A stretch of DNA of 64,000 nucleotides, taken from the NCBI GenBank assembly GCA_965199495.1, contig CBDASK010000003.1, forward strand, positions 160,001-224,000, in the 5' to 3' direction. The notes beneath the pieces are model-generated. The model did not search any database, was not told the DNA's origin, and was given only the letters and a program-made list of their open reading frames with translations. The position numbers were made by a program, and so were the translations under genes. Origin of the DNA: Abditibacterium sp. Its GTDB lineage: Bacteria; Armatimonadota; Abditibacteriia; Abditibacteriales; Abditibacteriaceae. Each line of letters starts with the position of its first letter. Position 1 is the stretch's first letter. Positions 50,464 to 61,220 of this stretch are shown here, piece after piece.

Positions 50464-50994
50464 ATGATTTCATCCCGATTTTCAAAGCGCGTCGCACTGC
50501 CGACTTTGGCGGCGCTGACATTGTTTTCGTGCAGCTCCCCAAAAAGTGATTTGCCCTCGCTCGCGCCCGCGACGCAGGTCGTAGTGACCAATTATGCCCC
50601 GGCAAAAACTCACAAGGCGGGCGCGGTAACAATTTGGACGATAACCAATCCGCGAAAAGTCGCGCAATTGGCGAAGTTGGCCGACGCACAAGGCAAAGGT
50701 TGGCGCGATGCCAACGCAGCGAATATCAGTGAACAATCGGGCATTACACTGAAGTTGACTGGCGGAGGCGTAAACCAGATTTTCACGATTCAACCGAACG
50801 GTTTCGACAACTCTTACAACACGGCGTCGGGCAACCTCTGGTCGCGCCCAGATACCGTCGGGCCTTCGACGCTGATTAAGTTAATTCCCGATGCGGAATT
50901 GGACAAGTTAATGGCTGATATTCGCGCGGTTTTAAAAGGCGTGAACCCAGACCCGACGCCGATACCAACAGCCACGCCGAGGGCGTCGAAGTAA
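50464..50994 (+). CDS. Hypothetical lipoprotein
   Basis: LFSC lipobox. Confidence 0.75.
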   Translation: MISSRFSKRVALPTLAALTLFSCSSPKSDLPSLAPATQVVVTNYAPAKTHKAGAVTIWTITNPRKVAQLAKLADAQGKGWRDANAANISEQSGITLKLTGGGVNQIFTIQPNGFDNSYNTASGNLWSRPDTVGPSTLIKLIPDAELDKLMADIRAVLKGVNPDPTPIPTATPRASK

Positions 50995-51002
50995 TCAAAC
51001 GC

Positions 51003-51042
51003 AGAACAGCCGCGCTCTCCTTTCGGAAAGCGCGGCTGTTCT
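51003..51042. terminator. Hairpin ending the ribosomal operon after rplO
   Basis: AGAACAGCCGCGCT..AGCGCGGCTGTTCT between convergent genes. Confidence 0.75.
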
Positions 51043-51055
51043 AATTTGCCGAAAA

Positions 51056-51520
51056 TTAGATGACTTCGGCGGTGCCACCGGCGGCTTCGATTTTCTCGCG
51101 CGCCGTTGCGGTGAAATGGTTGGCCTGAATCGTCAGCGGTTTGGTAATTTCGCCGACGCCCAGAACGCGCAGTCCATCCCAGCGACCTTTAACAAGGCCG
51201 TTGGCACGCAATGACGCGGCGTTGTGCGTCGAACCAGATTCCAAACGTTCGAGCTGTTCGAGATTGACGATGCCGTAATGTTTGCGGGTCGGGCCGAGCG
51301 GCATGGCGCCTTTGCCTTTGCCGCGCAATTTGGGCAAACGCTGGAAGAGCGGCGTCTGGCCGCCTTCGTTGCCGCGCGCGGTTGAGTTGCGCGAGTGCTG
51401 ACCTTTGTGGCCGCGCGTCGAGGTTTTACCATGCCCCGAACCGATGCCGCGTCCGACGCGCTTTTTCTTTTTGCGCGATCCGGCGGCAGGTTTCAAGTTG
51501 GTGAGTGTTAAAAGTTCCAT
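51056..51520 (-). CDS. rplO: 50S ribosomal protein L15
   Basis: RVGRGIGSGHGKTSTRGHKGQ, EGGQTPL. Confidence 0.97.
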   Translation of the reverse strand: MELLTLTNLKPAAGSRKKKKRVGRGIGSGHGKTSTRGHKGQHSRNSTARGNEGGQTPLFQRLPKLRGKGKGAMPLGPTRKHYGIVNLEQLERLESGSTHNAASLRANGLVKGRWDGLRVLGVGEITKPLTIQANHFTATAREKIEAAGGTAEVI

Positions 51521-51544
51521 TGGAATTCTCCTTTTGATATCACT

Positions 51545-51644
51545 GTAGGGGCGGGGTTACCCCGCCCAAAACGTGAATGCGCGATTGAACTTCATTGAAC
51601 TTCGCGGTTGCATTGACATTTGGGCGGGGTGACCCCGCCCCTAC
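51545..51644. repeat. REPIN family B (GTAGGGGCGGGGTT.CCCCGCCC)
   Basis: Head-to-head REP pair. Confidence 0.9.
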
Positions 51645-51653
51645 GGGTGTTCG

Positions 51654-51854
51654 TTAATCAATAACGGTGACGAGGTGTTTGACTTTGAACACCATGCCTT
51701 TGACGCTATCGTTGGCGGGGAGCGCGACGACCGCGCCCATTTTGCGCAGACCCAGGGCCTCCACGGTCGCCTTTTGATCTTTGGGAGTTCCGATTGGACT
51801 TTTCGTCAACATCACTTTGATAGTCGATGTCGATTTTTGGTTGTCTTGGTTCAT
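51654..51854 (-). CDS. rpmD: 50S ribosomal protein L30
   Basis: [27 protein letters not shown]. Confidence 0.95.
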   Translation of the reverse strand: MNQDNQKSTSTIKVMLTKSPIGTPKDQKATVEALGLRKMGAVVALPANDSVKGMVFKVKHLVTVID

Positions 51855-52383
51855 AGAGAGTTACATCCTTGAGTGGGCGAGGAATCGCCAATTGGTCCAC
51901 TGAGATACCGCGTCGCGCGGCCACGTCGGTGGCTTTTTGCATTTGTTTCAGACCGTCCAAGACGGCGTAAACGTTGTTGATCGGGTTGTTGCTGCCCATC
52001 ACTTTGGTCAAAACGTCGGTGATGCCAGCCGCTTCCAATACGGCGCGCGCCGCAGGCCCGGCGATAACGCCGGTTCCGGGCGAGGCCGGTTTCAGCATCA
52101 CGCGCGCGCTGCCGTTGCGCCCGATGACTTGGTGCGGCACGGTCGTGTGAATGATCGGGACTTCGATCAGGTTCTTGGCGGCGTTTTCCGATCCTTTGCG
52201 AATCGAATCGGGCACCGAGGCAGATTTGCCCATGCCGACGCCGACGTGACCGTTGCCGTCTCCGACAACCATCAGCGACGAGAACCGACGCTTGCGTCCG
52301 CCTTTCACGGTTTTGGAAACCGGCTTCAGTTGGACGACTTTTTCGATCTTCAGATAATCTGGATCAACTTGAACTCTGGGCAT
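51706..52383 (-). CDS. rpsE: 30S ribosomal protein S5 (C-terminus runs into rpmD)
   Basis: [30 protein letters not shown]. Confidence 0.95.
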   Translation of the reverse strand: MPRVQVDPDYLKIEKVVQLKPVSKTVKGGRKRRFSSLMVVGDGNGHVGVGMGKSASVPDSIRKGSENAAKNLIEVPIIHTTVPHQVIGRNGSARVMLKPASPGTGVIAGPAARAVLEAAGITDVLTKVMGSNNPINNVYAVLDGLKQMQKATDVAARRGISVDQLAIPRPLKDVTLYEPRQPKIDIDYQSDVDEKSNRNSQRSKGDRGGPGSAQNGRGRRAPRQR

Positions 52384-52458
52384 GATTTTTTGGTGTTTGG
52401 ATTAGTTTGAGTTCGCGGCTTTTGCGTCCGCAAGTGCGTAATCGGCGCACTCCATTTG

Positions 52459-52574
52459 TGTTGGTGGACGTGGCTGGTGGGTTTGCGCGGCAAACCCCTA
52501 CATCGGCCTCAACGTAACGGCGTATGTAGGGGCTTGCCGCGCAAGCCCGATACCAGCCACGTCCACGACCAACA
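52459..52574. repeat. REPIN family C, inverted arrangement (CCCCTAC..GTAGGGG)
   Basis: Outer arms GTGGACGTGGCTGGT/ACCAGCCACGTCCAC. Confidence 0.85.
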
Positions 52575-52943
52575 TTAGAATTCCAATCCGCCTTCGCGGG
52601 CAGCGTCGGCGAATTCTTTGACGACGCCGTGATACAACACGCCGTTGCGGTCGAAGACGACGCTTTCGACGCCCGCCGATTTGGCGCGCTCGGCGATGAT
52701 TTTGCCGACGACGATGGCGGCGGCGGCGCTACCTTTGCCGCCTTCGACCTGGCTGGCGATGTCGCTTTGCACCGTCGAGGCGGAGGCGAGCGTCTTACCA
52801 GCCACGTCGTCGATGATCTGGGCGTGAATGTGGGCCAAAGTGCGATTGACGCACAGGCGCGGGCGCGCGGCGGTGCCTTTGACTTTGGCGCGCAAGCGCA
52901 GATGACGGCGCTTGCGTAAAATTGCGGGGGTTCGTTTTGACAT
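52575..52943 (-). CDS. rplR: 50S ribosomal protein L18
   Basis: [28 protein letters not shown]. Confidence 0.97.
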   Translation of the reverse strand: MSKRTPAILRKRRHLRLRAKVKGTAARPRLCVNRTLAHIHAQIIDDVAGKTLASASTVQSDIASQVEGGKGSAAAAIVVGKIIAERAKSAGVESVVFDRNGVLYHGVVKEFADAAREGGLEF

Positions 52944-53064
52944 GATTGCTTGTGAGCCTGAAGTTGGGGCAGGGACACCGATTACCGACCGGTGACCGCC
53001 GCTTCCAAGTCCAAAGCGATTTGGTTTAGCTATTCTGGATTCTAATTGCCGACACGGTGTCAGC

Positions 53065-53286
53065 TTACAACTTTTTGCGGGGACGAATGATTCCGACCAT
53101 AGTTACACACGCAATGGATACGACAGTCGCCTCAGAAAAAAACTTTATCCAGTTAACAGCAGTTGGGGAAAAGACCGGAGAGAAAAGTAAAGGAGTAAGC
53201 CAATCTACAACGGTTACTCCTAAAACTATCACGAGCGGAAGCGCGAGTATTTGCCACCAGACAATGCCAGAATCTTGATTTTTCAT
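53065..53286 (-). CDS. Small 2-TM protein inserted between rplF and rplR
   Basis: AT-richer 73-aa ORF, co-oriented with the operon. Confidence 0.6.
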   Translation of the reverse strand: MKNQDSGIVWWQILALPLVIVLGVTVVDWLTPLLFSPVFSPTAVNWIKFFSEATVVSIACVTMVGIIRPRKKL

Positions 53287-53332
53287 TGGTTAACCTATGA
53301 AATATGCTACCACTGAACTGATGTAAATACAA

Positions 53333-53911
53333 CTATTTCTTCTTCTTTTCGGCTTGTTTACCGACTTTACGCACGACGCGTTCGCCTTTGTAGCGCAGAC
53401 CTTTGCCTTTATACGGCTCGACGGGGCGGCGACCTTTGACGTCCGCCGCGAAATCGCCCAGGGCTTGTTTGTCCCACGATTGCAGCGTGATGGTCGCGGC
53501 CAACAGGCCGTTTTCCTGCGTCGGCGTCGAGGGCGTGACCGCCGCCGTGATCTCTTTGGGCAAAGCCAAATCGACCGGATGCGAATAGCCCAGCGCCAGT
53601 TTCAGCGTTTGGCCGGCGACTTCGGCGCGATAACCGACGCCGCGCAGTTCGAGGACTTTGGTAAAGCCTTCGCTCACGCCGGTGACGGCGTTGTTGAGCA
53701 AAGCGCGCGTCAGGCCATGACGCGAGCGGTCTTCTTTGTTATCCGAGGGACGCGTGATGGTCATCACGCCGTCGTTTAATTCGACTTCAAAGTTGTGCGG
53801 AACCGGCGCGGTGACGGTGCCCTTGGGGCCTTTCACCGTCGCTGTTCCGTCTTTGACGTCAATATTCACACCGCTCGGCACGGTGATAGGGGATCGTCCA
53901 ATTCGTGACAT
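53333..53911 (-). CDS. rplF: 50S ribosomal protein L6
   Basis: MSRIGR, GVGYRA, EPYKGKG. Confidence 0.97.
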   Translation of the reverse strand: MSRIGRSPITVPSGVNIDVKDGTATVKGPKGTVTAPVPHNFEVELNDGVMTITRPSDNKEDRSRHGLTRALLNNAVTGVSEGFTKVLELRGVGYRAEVAGQTLKLALGYSHPVDLALPKEITAAVTPSTPTQENGLLAATITLQSWDKQALGDFAADVKGRRPVEPYKGKGLRYKGERVVRKVGKQAEKKKK

Positions 53912-53956
53912 TTGCTTGTTTACTCCTTTAGGTTTGGTGTTGTTCGTCGGCGTGGC

Positions 53957-54088
53957 TGCAATTGCTGCGCAACGAAATGTAGGGGCGGGGTTCCCCCGCC
54001 CAAATGTAACGCCGTCATCAACGTTTCAGAGAGCCGACGTTTTGGGCGGGGGAACCCCGCCCCTACATTTCGTTGCGCAGCAATTGCA
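53957..54088. repeat. REPIN family B
   Basis: Perfect arms of about 48 bp. Confidence 0.92.
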
Positions 54089-54092
54089 CACC

Positions 54093-54485
54093 TTAATACA
54101 CCTTCGCCATCAGTTCGCCGCCGACGCCCGCTTTGCGGGCGTTTTGGCCGGTCAGCACGCCGCGCGGGGTGGACAAAATGGTGATGCCCAATCCGCCCAG
54201 CACGCGGGGAATGTCGGCTTTACCAACATAAACGCGACGACCTGGGGTCGAAACGCGGTCGATTTTTTGGATGACGCGGTCGCGGTCGTTGTAACGCAGC
54301 GTGACGGTGATGAGACCTTGTTTGGTGTCTTCCTGCGTGGAGTAATCGGCGATATAGCCCTCTTCTTTGAGGATGCGCGCGATTTCGATCTTCAGTTTTG
54401 ATGACGGCATGGTTACATCCACTTTCTTCGCTTTGTTCGCGTTGCGGATGCCCGTCAGAAAGTCCGCGATGGGATCTGTCTGCAT
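54093..54485 (-). CDS. rpsH: 30S ribosomal protein S8
   Basis: TDPIADFLT.IRNA, GGLGITILST. Confidence 0.97.
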   Translation of the reverse strand: MQTDPIADFLTGIRNANKAKKVDVTMPSSKLKIEIARILKEEGYIADYSTQEDTKQGLITVTLRYNDRDRVIQKIDRVSTPGRRVYVGKADIPRVLGGLGITILSTPRGVLTGQNARKAGVGGELMAKVY

Positions 54486-54543
54486 AGTGTTCCTCTACTT
54501 GATATCCCGACTCGTAGAAGTTGGGGAAATTTTCTTGGTTGAA

Positions 54544-54675
54544 TGTTCGTCCGTAGGTTTCACCTACGGCAGAAGGCGGCTTTGCCGCCGAACGTGCTTC
54601 GCACTTGATTTTGCTGAGTGCGAAGCACGTCCAGCGCTTGCGCCATCTGCCGTAGGTGAAACCTACGGACGAACA
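54544..54675. repeat. REPIN family D (CCGTAGGTTTCACCTACGG)
   Basis: Inverted pair. Confidence 0.88.
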
Positions 54676-54686
54676 AAAGTTCGGTT

Positions 54687-54881
54687 CTACCAGGAGCTTT
54701 TGGTGACGCCGGGGATTAACCCTTTGTGCGCCATGCCGCGAAAACAGATGCGGCACACGCCGAACGCGCGCATATAGCCACGCGGGCGACCGCACAACTG
54801 GCAACGGTTCTTCTGGCGCGCCTGGAACTTGGGGTTGGCGTTCTGGCGCTCGGTTTTGACGACTTTTCCTTTTTTAGCCAT
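54687..54881 (-). CDS. rpsN: 30S ribosomal protein S14, zinc-binding type Z
   Basis: [24 protein letters not shown]. Confidence 0.96.
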   Translation of the reverse strand: MAKKGKVVKTERQNANPKFQARQKNRCQLCGRPRGYMRAFGVCRICFRGMAHKGLIPGVTKSSW

Positions 54882-54911
54882 GATGGTTTGTTGGTTTTGA
54901 TTAACGGTTGC

Positions 54912-55046
54912 CGGGCGGCGTGGCTGCATAAATCGTAGGGGCGGGGTTCCCCCGCCCAAACATAACGCCGCCATTCACGTTTCGGCGATGCCGACGTTTT
55001 GGGCGGGGGAACCCCGCCCCTACGATTTATGCAGCCACGCCGCCCG
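54912..55046. repeat. REPIN family B
   Basis: Perfect arms of about 49 bp. Confidence 0.92.
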
Positions 55047-55050
55047 ACTT

Positions 55051-55620
55051 CTACTGCACTTGTTCCACGCCTTCGCCGCGTTTGCGCATCGGCAAACCCA
55101 GCTCGCGCAGCAAGAATCTCGCTTCTTCGTCGGTCGCGGCGCTCGTCACGAAGGTGATGTCCATGCCGCGCACTTTGCCGATGGTGTCCTGATTGATCTC
55201 CGGGAAGATGATCTGTTCCTTGACGCCGAAGGTGTAGTTGCCGCGCCCGTCGAACGAGCGGTCGGGGATGCCCTGAAAATCGCGGATGCGCGGCAAAGCC
55301 GCGTGAATCAGACGATACATGAACTCCCACATCCGGTCGCCGCGCAGCGTGACCATACAACCGACGGGCATGCCCTCGCGCAACTTGAAGTTGGCGATGC
55401 TCTTGCGAGCGCGACGAATCGCGGGTTTTTGTCCGGTAATCAAAGCCAATTCAGCCGCAGCGGCGTCCATCAGCTTGGAGTCTTCTTTGGCGTCGCCCAC
55501 GCCCATGTTGACCACGATCTTTTGCAGTCTGGGCAACTGCATCGCGTTGTCAAAGGAGAATTGCTTTTGCAAATTCGCCTTCACCTGCGAGTCGTAGCGT
55601 TCTTTTAAAATTGGTGTCAT
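55051..55620 (-). CDS. rplE: 50S ribosomal protein L5
   Basis: [22 protein letters not shown]. Confidence 0.97.
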   Translation of the reverse strand: MTPILKERYDSQVKANLQKQFSFDNAMQLPRLQKIVVNMGVGDAKEDSKLMDAAAAELALITGQKPAIRRARKSIANFKLREGMPVGCMVTLRGDRMWEFMYRLIHAALPRIRDFQGIPDRSFDGRGNYTFGVKEQIIFPEINQDTIGKVRGMDITFVTSAATDEEARFLLRELGLPMRKRGEGVEQVQ

Positions 55621-55660
55621 CTTGTTGGATGTCGCACGGTTTCCGAGCGTGCGAAATTTG

Positions 55661-56050
55661 TTATTTCTTTTTCTTGAGTTGCTTAAACTTTATGCGAGTA
55701 ACGTCTTTCGTCGGAATGCTTGAAGTGATGAACGCGGATTGTTCTTTTCCTGCGGACATCCATCGTTTGAGATTTCTAACCTCAATCGTGGAATCTGTCA
55801 CTTTGTAAAGAGTTCCCTTGTAAGTCATTTTCACAGGCTTCTCGCTGGGCAATTTTGCGCCACCAAGACTTGTGTATGTGTAATCTCTGGATTCAAAGAC
55901 AGTGCAATCCATTCCGACTTTTTTGCTCCATTCAGCAACTCTCGAATCTTTGGGGGCTTCCAACGTGGCTGCATCTTGAGAGTGAACGACTTGGGAAAAT
56001 GCGGGCACGGCAAGCGCGCCAGCTAAAATTACGACTTTGGTAAATTTCAT
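55661..56050 (-). CDS. Exported hypothetical protein inserted between rplX and rplE
   Basis: AAGGAG RBS, signal peptide, AT-richer. Confidence 0.8.
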   Translation of the reverse strand: MKFTKVVILAGALAVPAFSQVVHSQDAATLEAPKDSRVAEWSKKVGMDCTVFESRDYTYTSLGGAKLPSEKPVKMTYKGTLYKVTDSTIEVRNLKRWMSAGKEQSAFITSSIPTKDVTRIKFKQLKKKK

Positions 56051-56114
56051 GGTTTTCTCCTTTTCTTTCGCTAAACGCAGACTTCTCGATCTGCAACCCG
56101 CAGTTTAACTTCCC

Positions 56115-56486
56115 CTACTCTGCGACGATAATTTCGCCGCTTTTGACGCTGGCGCGTTGGCTTTTACCGTCGCCATCTTTGACGCGTTTCACCCTCGTCG
56201 GCGCGCCGGTTTTGGGATCGAGCAACATCACGTTGCTGGCATCAATCGGCATCGGTTTTTCGACGATGCCTTCGGTTTGCCCGCCCTGTTGCTGGGCGCG
56301 TTTGTTGGGCGTGTCCTTCATCACGTTGACGCCTTCGACGGTGATTTTACCGGTAATGCGGTTCACGTCGAGCACGGTTTTGGGCGTCTTGCGGTCGCGG
56401 CTTTTGCCGGCGATCACGACGACTTTATCGCCGGTGCGGATGTGCATCTTTTGGGGACGCGCTTTGGCTTGAGTTTTGGCTTTCAT
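56115..56486 (-). CDS. rplX: 50S ribosomal protein L24
   Basis: [26 protein letters not shown]. Confidence 0.96.
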   Translation of the reverse strand: MKAKTQAKARPQKMHIRTGDKVVVIAGKSRDRKTPKTVLDVNRITGKITVEGVNVMKDTPNKRAQQQGGQTEGIVEKPMPIDASNVMLLDPKTGAPTRVKRVKDGDGKSQRASVKSGEIIVAE

Positions 56487-56487
56487 G

Positions 56488-56856
56488 TTACAACACCTCC
56501 GGCGCGAGCGAGACGATCTTCATAAAGCCTTTGTCGCGCAGTTCGCGGGCGACCGGGCCAAAGATGCGCGTGCCGCGTGGGTTGCCCTCGGCGTTGACGA
56601 TAACGCAGGCGTTATCATCGAACTTGATGTGGCTGCCATCCTGGCGGCGCACGCCATCAACGGTGCGCACGATGACGGCGGTCACCACATCGTGAGTTTT
56701 GACCGGCGCGCCGGGAATGGCGTCTTTGACGGCGCACTTAATCAAGTCGCCGACATTGCCGGTTTTGGCGTTGGAGCCTTTCATCACACGGATGCACAAC
56801 AGTTCGCGCGCACCCGAATTATCAGCGGCTCGCAGCCGCGTTTCTGTCTGGATCAT
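56488..56856 (-). CDS. rplN: 50S ribosomal protein L14
   Basis: [26 protein letters not shown]. Confidence 0.98.
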   Translation of the reverse strand: MIQTETRLRAADNSGARELLCIRVMKGSNAKTGNVGDLIKCAVKDAIPGAPVKTHDVVTAVIVRTVDGVRRQDGSHIKFDDNACVIVNAEGNPRGTRIFGPVARELRDKGFMKIVSLAPEVL

Positions 56857-56899
56857 AATGTCACCTCTTCCTTCGCCCGATGTCGAGCGTGGTTAAGAC

Positions 56900-57113
56900 G
56901 TTTTTATTTCACACAAAGAAACAAAGGGGGCACAAAGGAGTTTGTAGAGATTAACTCTCTATCGCTCGATTTTTATGTTTGTTCTTCTTTGGTTTAGATT
57001 TCGACAACCCAACCTGAAAAGAACAACTTTAATTTATCTACACTTTCAGAGTTCTCTTTGAACTCCTTTGTGCCCCTTTGTGCGATCTTTGCTTCTTTGT
57101 GTGAAATAAAAAC
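56900..57113. repeat. Palindrome family H
   Basis: TTTTTATTTCACACAAAGAA..TTCTTTGTGTGAAATAAAAA. Confidence 0.85.
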
Positions 57114-57114
57114 C

Positions 57115-57378
57115 CTATTTCGCCCGCTCCACGAGTTCCAACACGCGCCAGCATTTATCTTTGCTGATGGGCCGCGTTTCCATGATTCGCACGCGGTCGC
57201 CCACGTTGAATTCGTTTTTCTCGTCGTGCGCTTTGAAGCGTTTGGTCACGCGCTGCACGCGGCCATAAAGCGGGTGACGCTTCAGCCGCTCCACAGCCAC
57301 GACGACGGTCTTGTCCATTTTGTCCGACACGACCAAACCTTCGCGCACTTTGCGTGCGCTGCGTTCTTGTGTTTCCAT
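57115..57378 (-). CDS. rpsQ: 30S ribosomal protein S17
   Basis: [22 protein letters not shown]. Confidence 0.97.
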   Translation of the reverse strand: METQERSARKVREGLVVSDKMDKTVVVAVERLKRHPLYGRVQRVTKRFKAHDEKNEFNVGDRVRIMETRPISKDKCWRVLELVERAK

Positions 57379-57385
57379 AATCGTT

Positions 57386-57643
57386 TTAGGCCACCGCCTC
57401 GGTTTTGCGACGCGCGTTTAATTCGGTCTGCACGCGCGCAATTAATTTGCGGACGTGACGAATGCGCATCGGATTGGGCAACTGTTGCACAATGCTCTGG
57501 GTGCGCAGGTTGAAGAGTTCCATTTCGCAATCCTTCAACACTTCGCGGAGTTCGCTTTCGTCGGCGCCATGAATGCGCGTGCGCAAATCGTGGGTTTTGA
57601 CTTTGGCGTTGCCGCTCGAAATATAATTATTCAGATCCGCCAC
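57386..57643 (-). CDS. rpmC: 50S ribosomal protein L29
   Basis: [20 protein letters not shown]; position in the operon. Confidence 0.92.
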   Translation of the reverse strand: MADLNNYISSGNAKVKTHDLRTRIHGADESELREVLKDCEMELFNLRTQSIVQQLPNPMRIRHVRKLIARVQTELNARRKTEAVA

Positions 57644-58064
57644 TGCTTGTCACATCCTCTTCGCGCCGAATGAATTTGGTTTTCATCGGCAATTTCATGC
57701 GGGCGCGTCGCATCGCTTCTTCGGCGGTGGTTGCATCTACGCCCGACATCTCAAACAAAATACGGCCCGGTTTCACAACCGCGACCCAGAACTCAACCGA
57801 GCCTTTGCCCGAACCCATGCGGGTTTCGGCGGGCTTCTGCGTCACCGGTTTATCGGGGAACACGCGAATCCACAACTGACCGCCACGCTTGACGTAACCG
57901 CGAATCGCACGACGCGCGCTTTCGATCTGGCGCGAAGTAATCCAACCGGCTTCGGTGGCCTGAATCGCGTAATCGCCAAAAGCGATATAGTTTCCGCGCG
58001 TTGCCGGGCCGCCTCTGCGTCCCCGGTGCTGACGGCGATATTTAACGTTCTTAGGCATCAACAT
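57627..58064 (-). CDS. rplP: 50S ribosomal protein L16
   Basis: MLMPK..RMGSGKG. Confidence 0.98.
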   Translation of the reverse strand: MLMPKNVKYRRQHRGRRGGPATRGNYIAFGDYAIQATEAGWITSRQIESARRAIRGYVKRGGQLWIRVFPDKPVTQKPAETRMGSGKGSVEFWVAVVKPGRILFEMSGVDATTAEEAMRRARMKLPMKTKFIRREEDVTSSGGSE

Positions 58065-58103
58065 GATACATCAACTCCTTTATTATTGTTTGTTGTCCCA
58101 CAA

Positions 58104-58230
58104 TTCGTCGCAACCCCATGTAGGGGCGGGGTTCCCCCGCCCAAAACTTCGCATTCACGCAGTTGGCGGTTTTACCAATCGGCGTTCGCCAACTGGGCGG
58201 GGTTCCCCCGCCCCTACATATTGCGACGAA
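58104..58230. repeat. REPIN family B
   Basis: GTAGGGGCGGGG..CCCCGCCCCTAC. Confidence 0.9.
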
Positions 58231-58243
58231 CTATGGAAATCAA

Positions 58244-59098
58244 CTAATCCCGACGAGGCCGACGATCTCCGCCGCCCCGATTGTCCCCGCCGCGATTGTC
58301 CCCGCCGCGATTGTCGCCGCCGCGATTGTCGCCGCCGCGATTATCGCCATCACGGCGCGGGCGACGATCACGATCATCGCGGTCGCGTCCGCCGCCGCGT
58401 TGGCGCGACAGAGCCGCGACTGGCGATTCCATATCGCCGATAATGTCGCCCCGGTAAATCCAGCATTTGATGCCGACGTTACCATAAGTCGTCGCCGCTT
58501 CGGCGGTGCCGTAATCAATATCGGCGCGCAAGGTGTGAAGCGGCACTTTGCCGTCGCGCACTTGCTCGTGACGCGCGATTTCGGCGCCGCCCAGTCGGCC
58601 CGAAGCCAACAGGCGACAGCCCAGCGCGCCATCTTTCATCACGCGTTGCAGCGTCATGCGCATGGCGCGGCGGAAAGCGATACGACGCTCGATCTGCTGC
58701 GCGATGCTTTCGGCGACCAATTGCGCGTCCAAGTTGGGCGCGCGCACTTCTTCGACCGTAACGCGCACGTCTTTCTTGGTCAAACGCTGCAAAGCCTTCT
58801 GCAAACGCTCGATGTCGGCGCCGCGCTGGCCGATGACAACGCCCGGTTTGGCGGTGTGCAACTTGATCGTCACACGATTGGCCTGACGCTCGATTTCGAT
58901 TTTGGACAGAGCCGGATCGTTAAAGCGGTCGCGCGAGCCGGGGCGAACCGGCTTGTTCTTGAGGAATTTCCGAATGAAGCGACGAACTTTCTCGTCCTCA
59001 ATCAGAAATTCGACGTAATTGTCTTTGGAATACCAACGGCTCTGCCACGGGCGAATAATGCCCAGTCGCAAACCGTAAGGATGAATCTTTTGTCCCAT
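58244..59098 (-). CDS. rpsC: 30S ribosomal protein S3 with RGGDN-repeat tail
   Basis: MGQKIHP, PLHTLRADIDY. Confidence 0.98.
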   Translation of the reverse strand: MGQKIHPYGLRLGIIRPWQSRWYSKDNYVEFLIEDEKVRRFIRKFLKNKPVRPGSRDRFNDPALSKIEIERQANRVTIKLHTAKPGVVIGQRGADIERLQKALQRLTKKDVRVTVEEVRAPNLDAQLVAESIAQQIERRIAFRRAMRMTLQRVMKDGALGCRLLASGRLGGAEIARHEQVRDGKVPLHTLRADIDYGTAEAATTYGNVGIKCWIYRGDIIGDMESPVAALSRQRGGGRDRDDRDRRPRRDGDNRGGDNRGGDNRGGDNRGGDNRGGGDRRPRRD

Positions 59099-59106
59099 AG
59101 TCTGTT

Positions 59107-59216
<110 letters not shown>

Positions 59217-59217
59217 C

Positions 59218-59550
59218 CTAAATCTTCTCCTCGACCACAACGGTGATGTGGCTCATGCGTTTGCGGATCACGTCGGCGCGGCCACGGCTGCGCGGTAGGA
59301 AGCGGCGCAACGATTTGCCTTTGTCAATCATGATCGTTTTGACGATCAACGCTTCTTCGTCGGCGCCTTCGTTGTTGACGGCATTGGCTGCCGCCGACTT
59401 GATGACTTTCGACAGAATCGGTGACACGATGTGAGGATCGAACGCCAGAATGTTGGTCGCGTCCTCGACGGTTTTGCCTTTGACCAAGTTCGCCACGCGG
59501 CGGACTTTCATCGGGGTCATGCGCAGGTCTCGTAAAATTGCTTTTGCCAT
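59218..59550 (-). CDS. rplV: 50S ribosomal protein L22
   Basis: KVIKSAAANA, PRSRGRA..SHITVVV. Confidence 0.97.
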   Translation of the reverse strand: MAKAILRDLRMTPMKVRRVANLVKGKTVEDATNILAFDPHIVSPILSKVIKSAAANAVNNEGADEEALIVKTIMIDKGKSLRRFLPRSRGRADVIRKRMSHITVVVEEKI

Positions 59551-59828
59551 TATCGTTTCGCCTTTTCGGTTTTTCCGCCGTGACGCTTGAACGTGCGCGT
59601 CAAAACGAACTCGCCGAACTTGTGGCCGACCATGTTTTCCTGAACGAACACGGGAACGTGTTTGCGTCCATCATGAATCGCGATGGTATGGCCAATCATT
59701 TCGGGGAAGATGGTGCTGCGGCGGCTCCAAGATTTGATGATCTTCTTTTCGCCCGCGTCATTCATCTTCGTTATTTTCTTCATCAGGGAATCGTCTACAA
59801 ACGGCCCTTTTTTCAGTGAACGTGACAT
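59550..59828 (-). CDS. rpsS: 30S ribosomal protein S19
   Basis: [19 protein letters not shown]. Confidence 0.98.
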   Translation of the reverse strand: MSRSLKKGPFVDDSLMKKITKMNDAGEKKIIKSWSRRSTIFPEMIGHTIAIHDGRKHVPVFVQENMVGHKFGEFVLTRTFKRHGGKTEKAKR

Positions 59829-59850
59829 TGTAAGTTGGTTGTGGAATCGC

Positions 59851-59958
59851 ACCCGTAGGGGCTTGCCGCGCAAGCCCTTTTCATGCGGCTGCAACGTCGA
59901 ATTCGCGCCATATTTCGGCGGCTCTAACGTTGGGCTTGCGCGGCAAGCCCCTACGGGT
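59851..59958. repeat. REPIN family C (GTAGGGGCTTGCCGCGCAAGCCC)
   Basis: Head-to-head pair. Confidence 0.9.
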
Positions 59959-59969
59959 TCAGGCGAATC

Positions 59970-60809
59970 CTACCGTTTCCCCCTCTTGCGAATAATCATC
60001 TTATCGCTGGGTTTGTTCTTCTTGCGGGTCTTGAAACCAATCGCCGGAACGCCCGTCGCCGAGACCGGGCCGCTCTTGCGACGACCAATCGAGGCGCGGC
60101 CTTCGCCGCCGCCGTGCGGGTGATCGTTGGGGTTCATCGCCTTGCCGCGAACGTGCGGCGTGATGCCCTTATGACGCTTGCGGCCCGCGTTGCCCCACAC
60201 CATCGATTCCCATTCGCTGTTGCCGACTTCGCCAATCGTGGCGCGGCAGTTCAATTGAACCAAACGGGTTTCGCGCGAGGGCAGCAAAACGAGGGCGAAC
60301 TTGCCTTCTTTGGCCTGCAACACAACTGAGGTGCCCGCCGAGCGCGCCATCTGCGCGCCTCTGCCGGGCTGCAACTCGACGTTGTGGATGCGCGTGCCAA
60401 CGGGAATGTTGCGCAGCGGCATCGCGTTGCCGATGCGAATATCGGCTTCGGCGCCGTCCATGATTTTGTCGCCAACGTTGAGATTGGCGGGGCGCACGAT
60501 ATAACGCTTGCTGCCGTCTTCGTTTTGGATCAGCGCGATGTGAGCCGAACGATTGGGATCGTATTCGAGCGCGATGACTTCGCCGCGCACACCGTCGGTG
60601 CGACGCTTGAAATCAATGATGCGATAGAGCGTTTTGTGCCCGCCGCCTTTGTTGCGGGCGGTCATGCGGCCCTGATTGTTGCGACCCGCCGTCTTGGGAA
60701 GCGGCGTCGTCAGCGACTTTTCCGGGCGCTTATCGGACAAATCGGGGTTCTTAACCACCGTCATTGTCCGACGCGCCGGGGAAGTCGGATTGTAACTTTT
60801 AATTGCCAT
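59970..60809 (-). CDS. rplB: 50S ribosomal protein L2
   Basis: [21 protein letters not shown]. Confidence 0.98.
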   Translation of the reverse strand: MAIKSYNPTSPARRTMTVVKNPDLSDKRPEKSLTTPLPKTAGRNNQGRMTARNKGGGHKTLYRIIDFKRRTDGVRGEVIALEYDPNRSAHIALIQNEDGSKRYIVRPANLNVGDKIMDGAEADIRIGNAMPLRNIPVGTRIHNVELQPGRGAQMARSAGTSVVLQAKEGKFALVLLPSRETRLVQLNCRATIGEVGNSEWESMVWGNAGRKRHKGITPHVRGKAMNPNDHPHGGGEGRASIGRRKSGPVSATGVPAIGFKTRKKNKPSDKMIIRKRGKR

Positions 60810-60830
60810 GATGAAAGGTTTGTTTTTTGG

Positions 60831-61184
60831 TTAGTTGACTTTCTCAAGCTCTTTGGGAGTATTTTCAACCCATTCGCCTGCATTAACCTGCACCCAGAAT
60901 CGGCCAGTCGCAGTATCAAAGATGTAACGGCTACTGCGGCTGGAATCGATTACCAATTGATAACGTCCGAATTGGTTAAAATTGGAGTCGGAAAATGTTC
61001 GTGGAGCAGAAAACGCTGGCCCTGAATATCCGCCTCCCATAAATTCACCTCTGCCTGATGCCCCAAATCCTCCGGGGAGAGGAGAACTTGGCGTTGTCTG
61101 GGCAAATACTTTGTTCGCAACAACGCCAAGAACGGGAGCAATTAGCAAAGCTCCAACAACGTAGATTTTGATTGACTGTTTCAT
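60831..61184 (-). CDS. Exported hypothetical protein inserted between rplW and rplB
   Basis: AGGAG RBS, signal peptide, YIFDTATGRFW motif, AT-richer. Confidence 0.8.
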   Translation of the reverse strand: MKQSIKIYVVGALLIAPVLGVVANKVFAQTTPSSPLPGGFGASGRGEFMGGGYSGPAFSAPRTFSDSNFNQFGRYQLVIDSSRSSRYIFDTATGRFWVQVNAGEWVENTPKELEKVN

Positions 61185-61220
61185 GAGAAATCTCCTAACC
61201 AAAAACTTGAGGACATCTCC

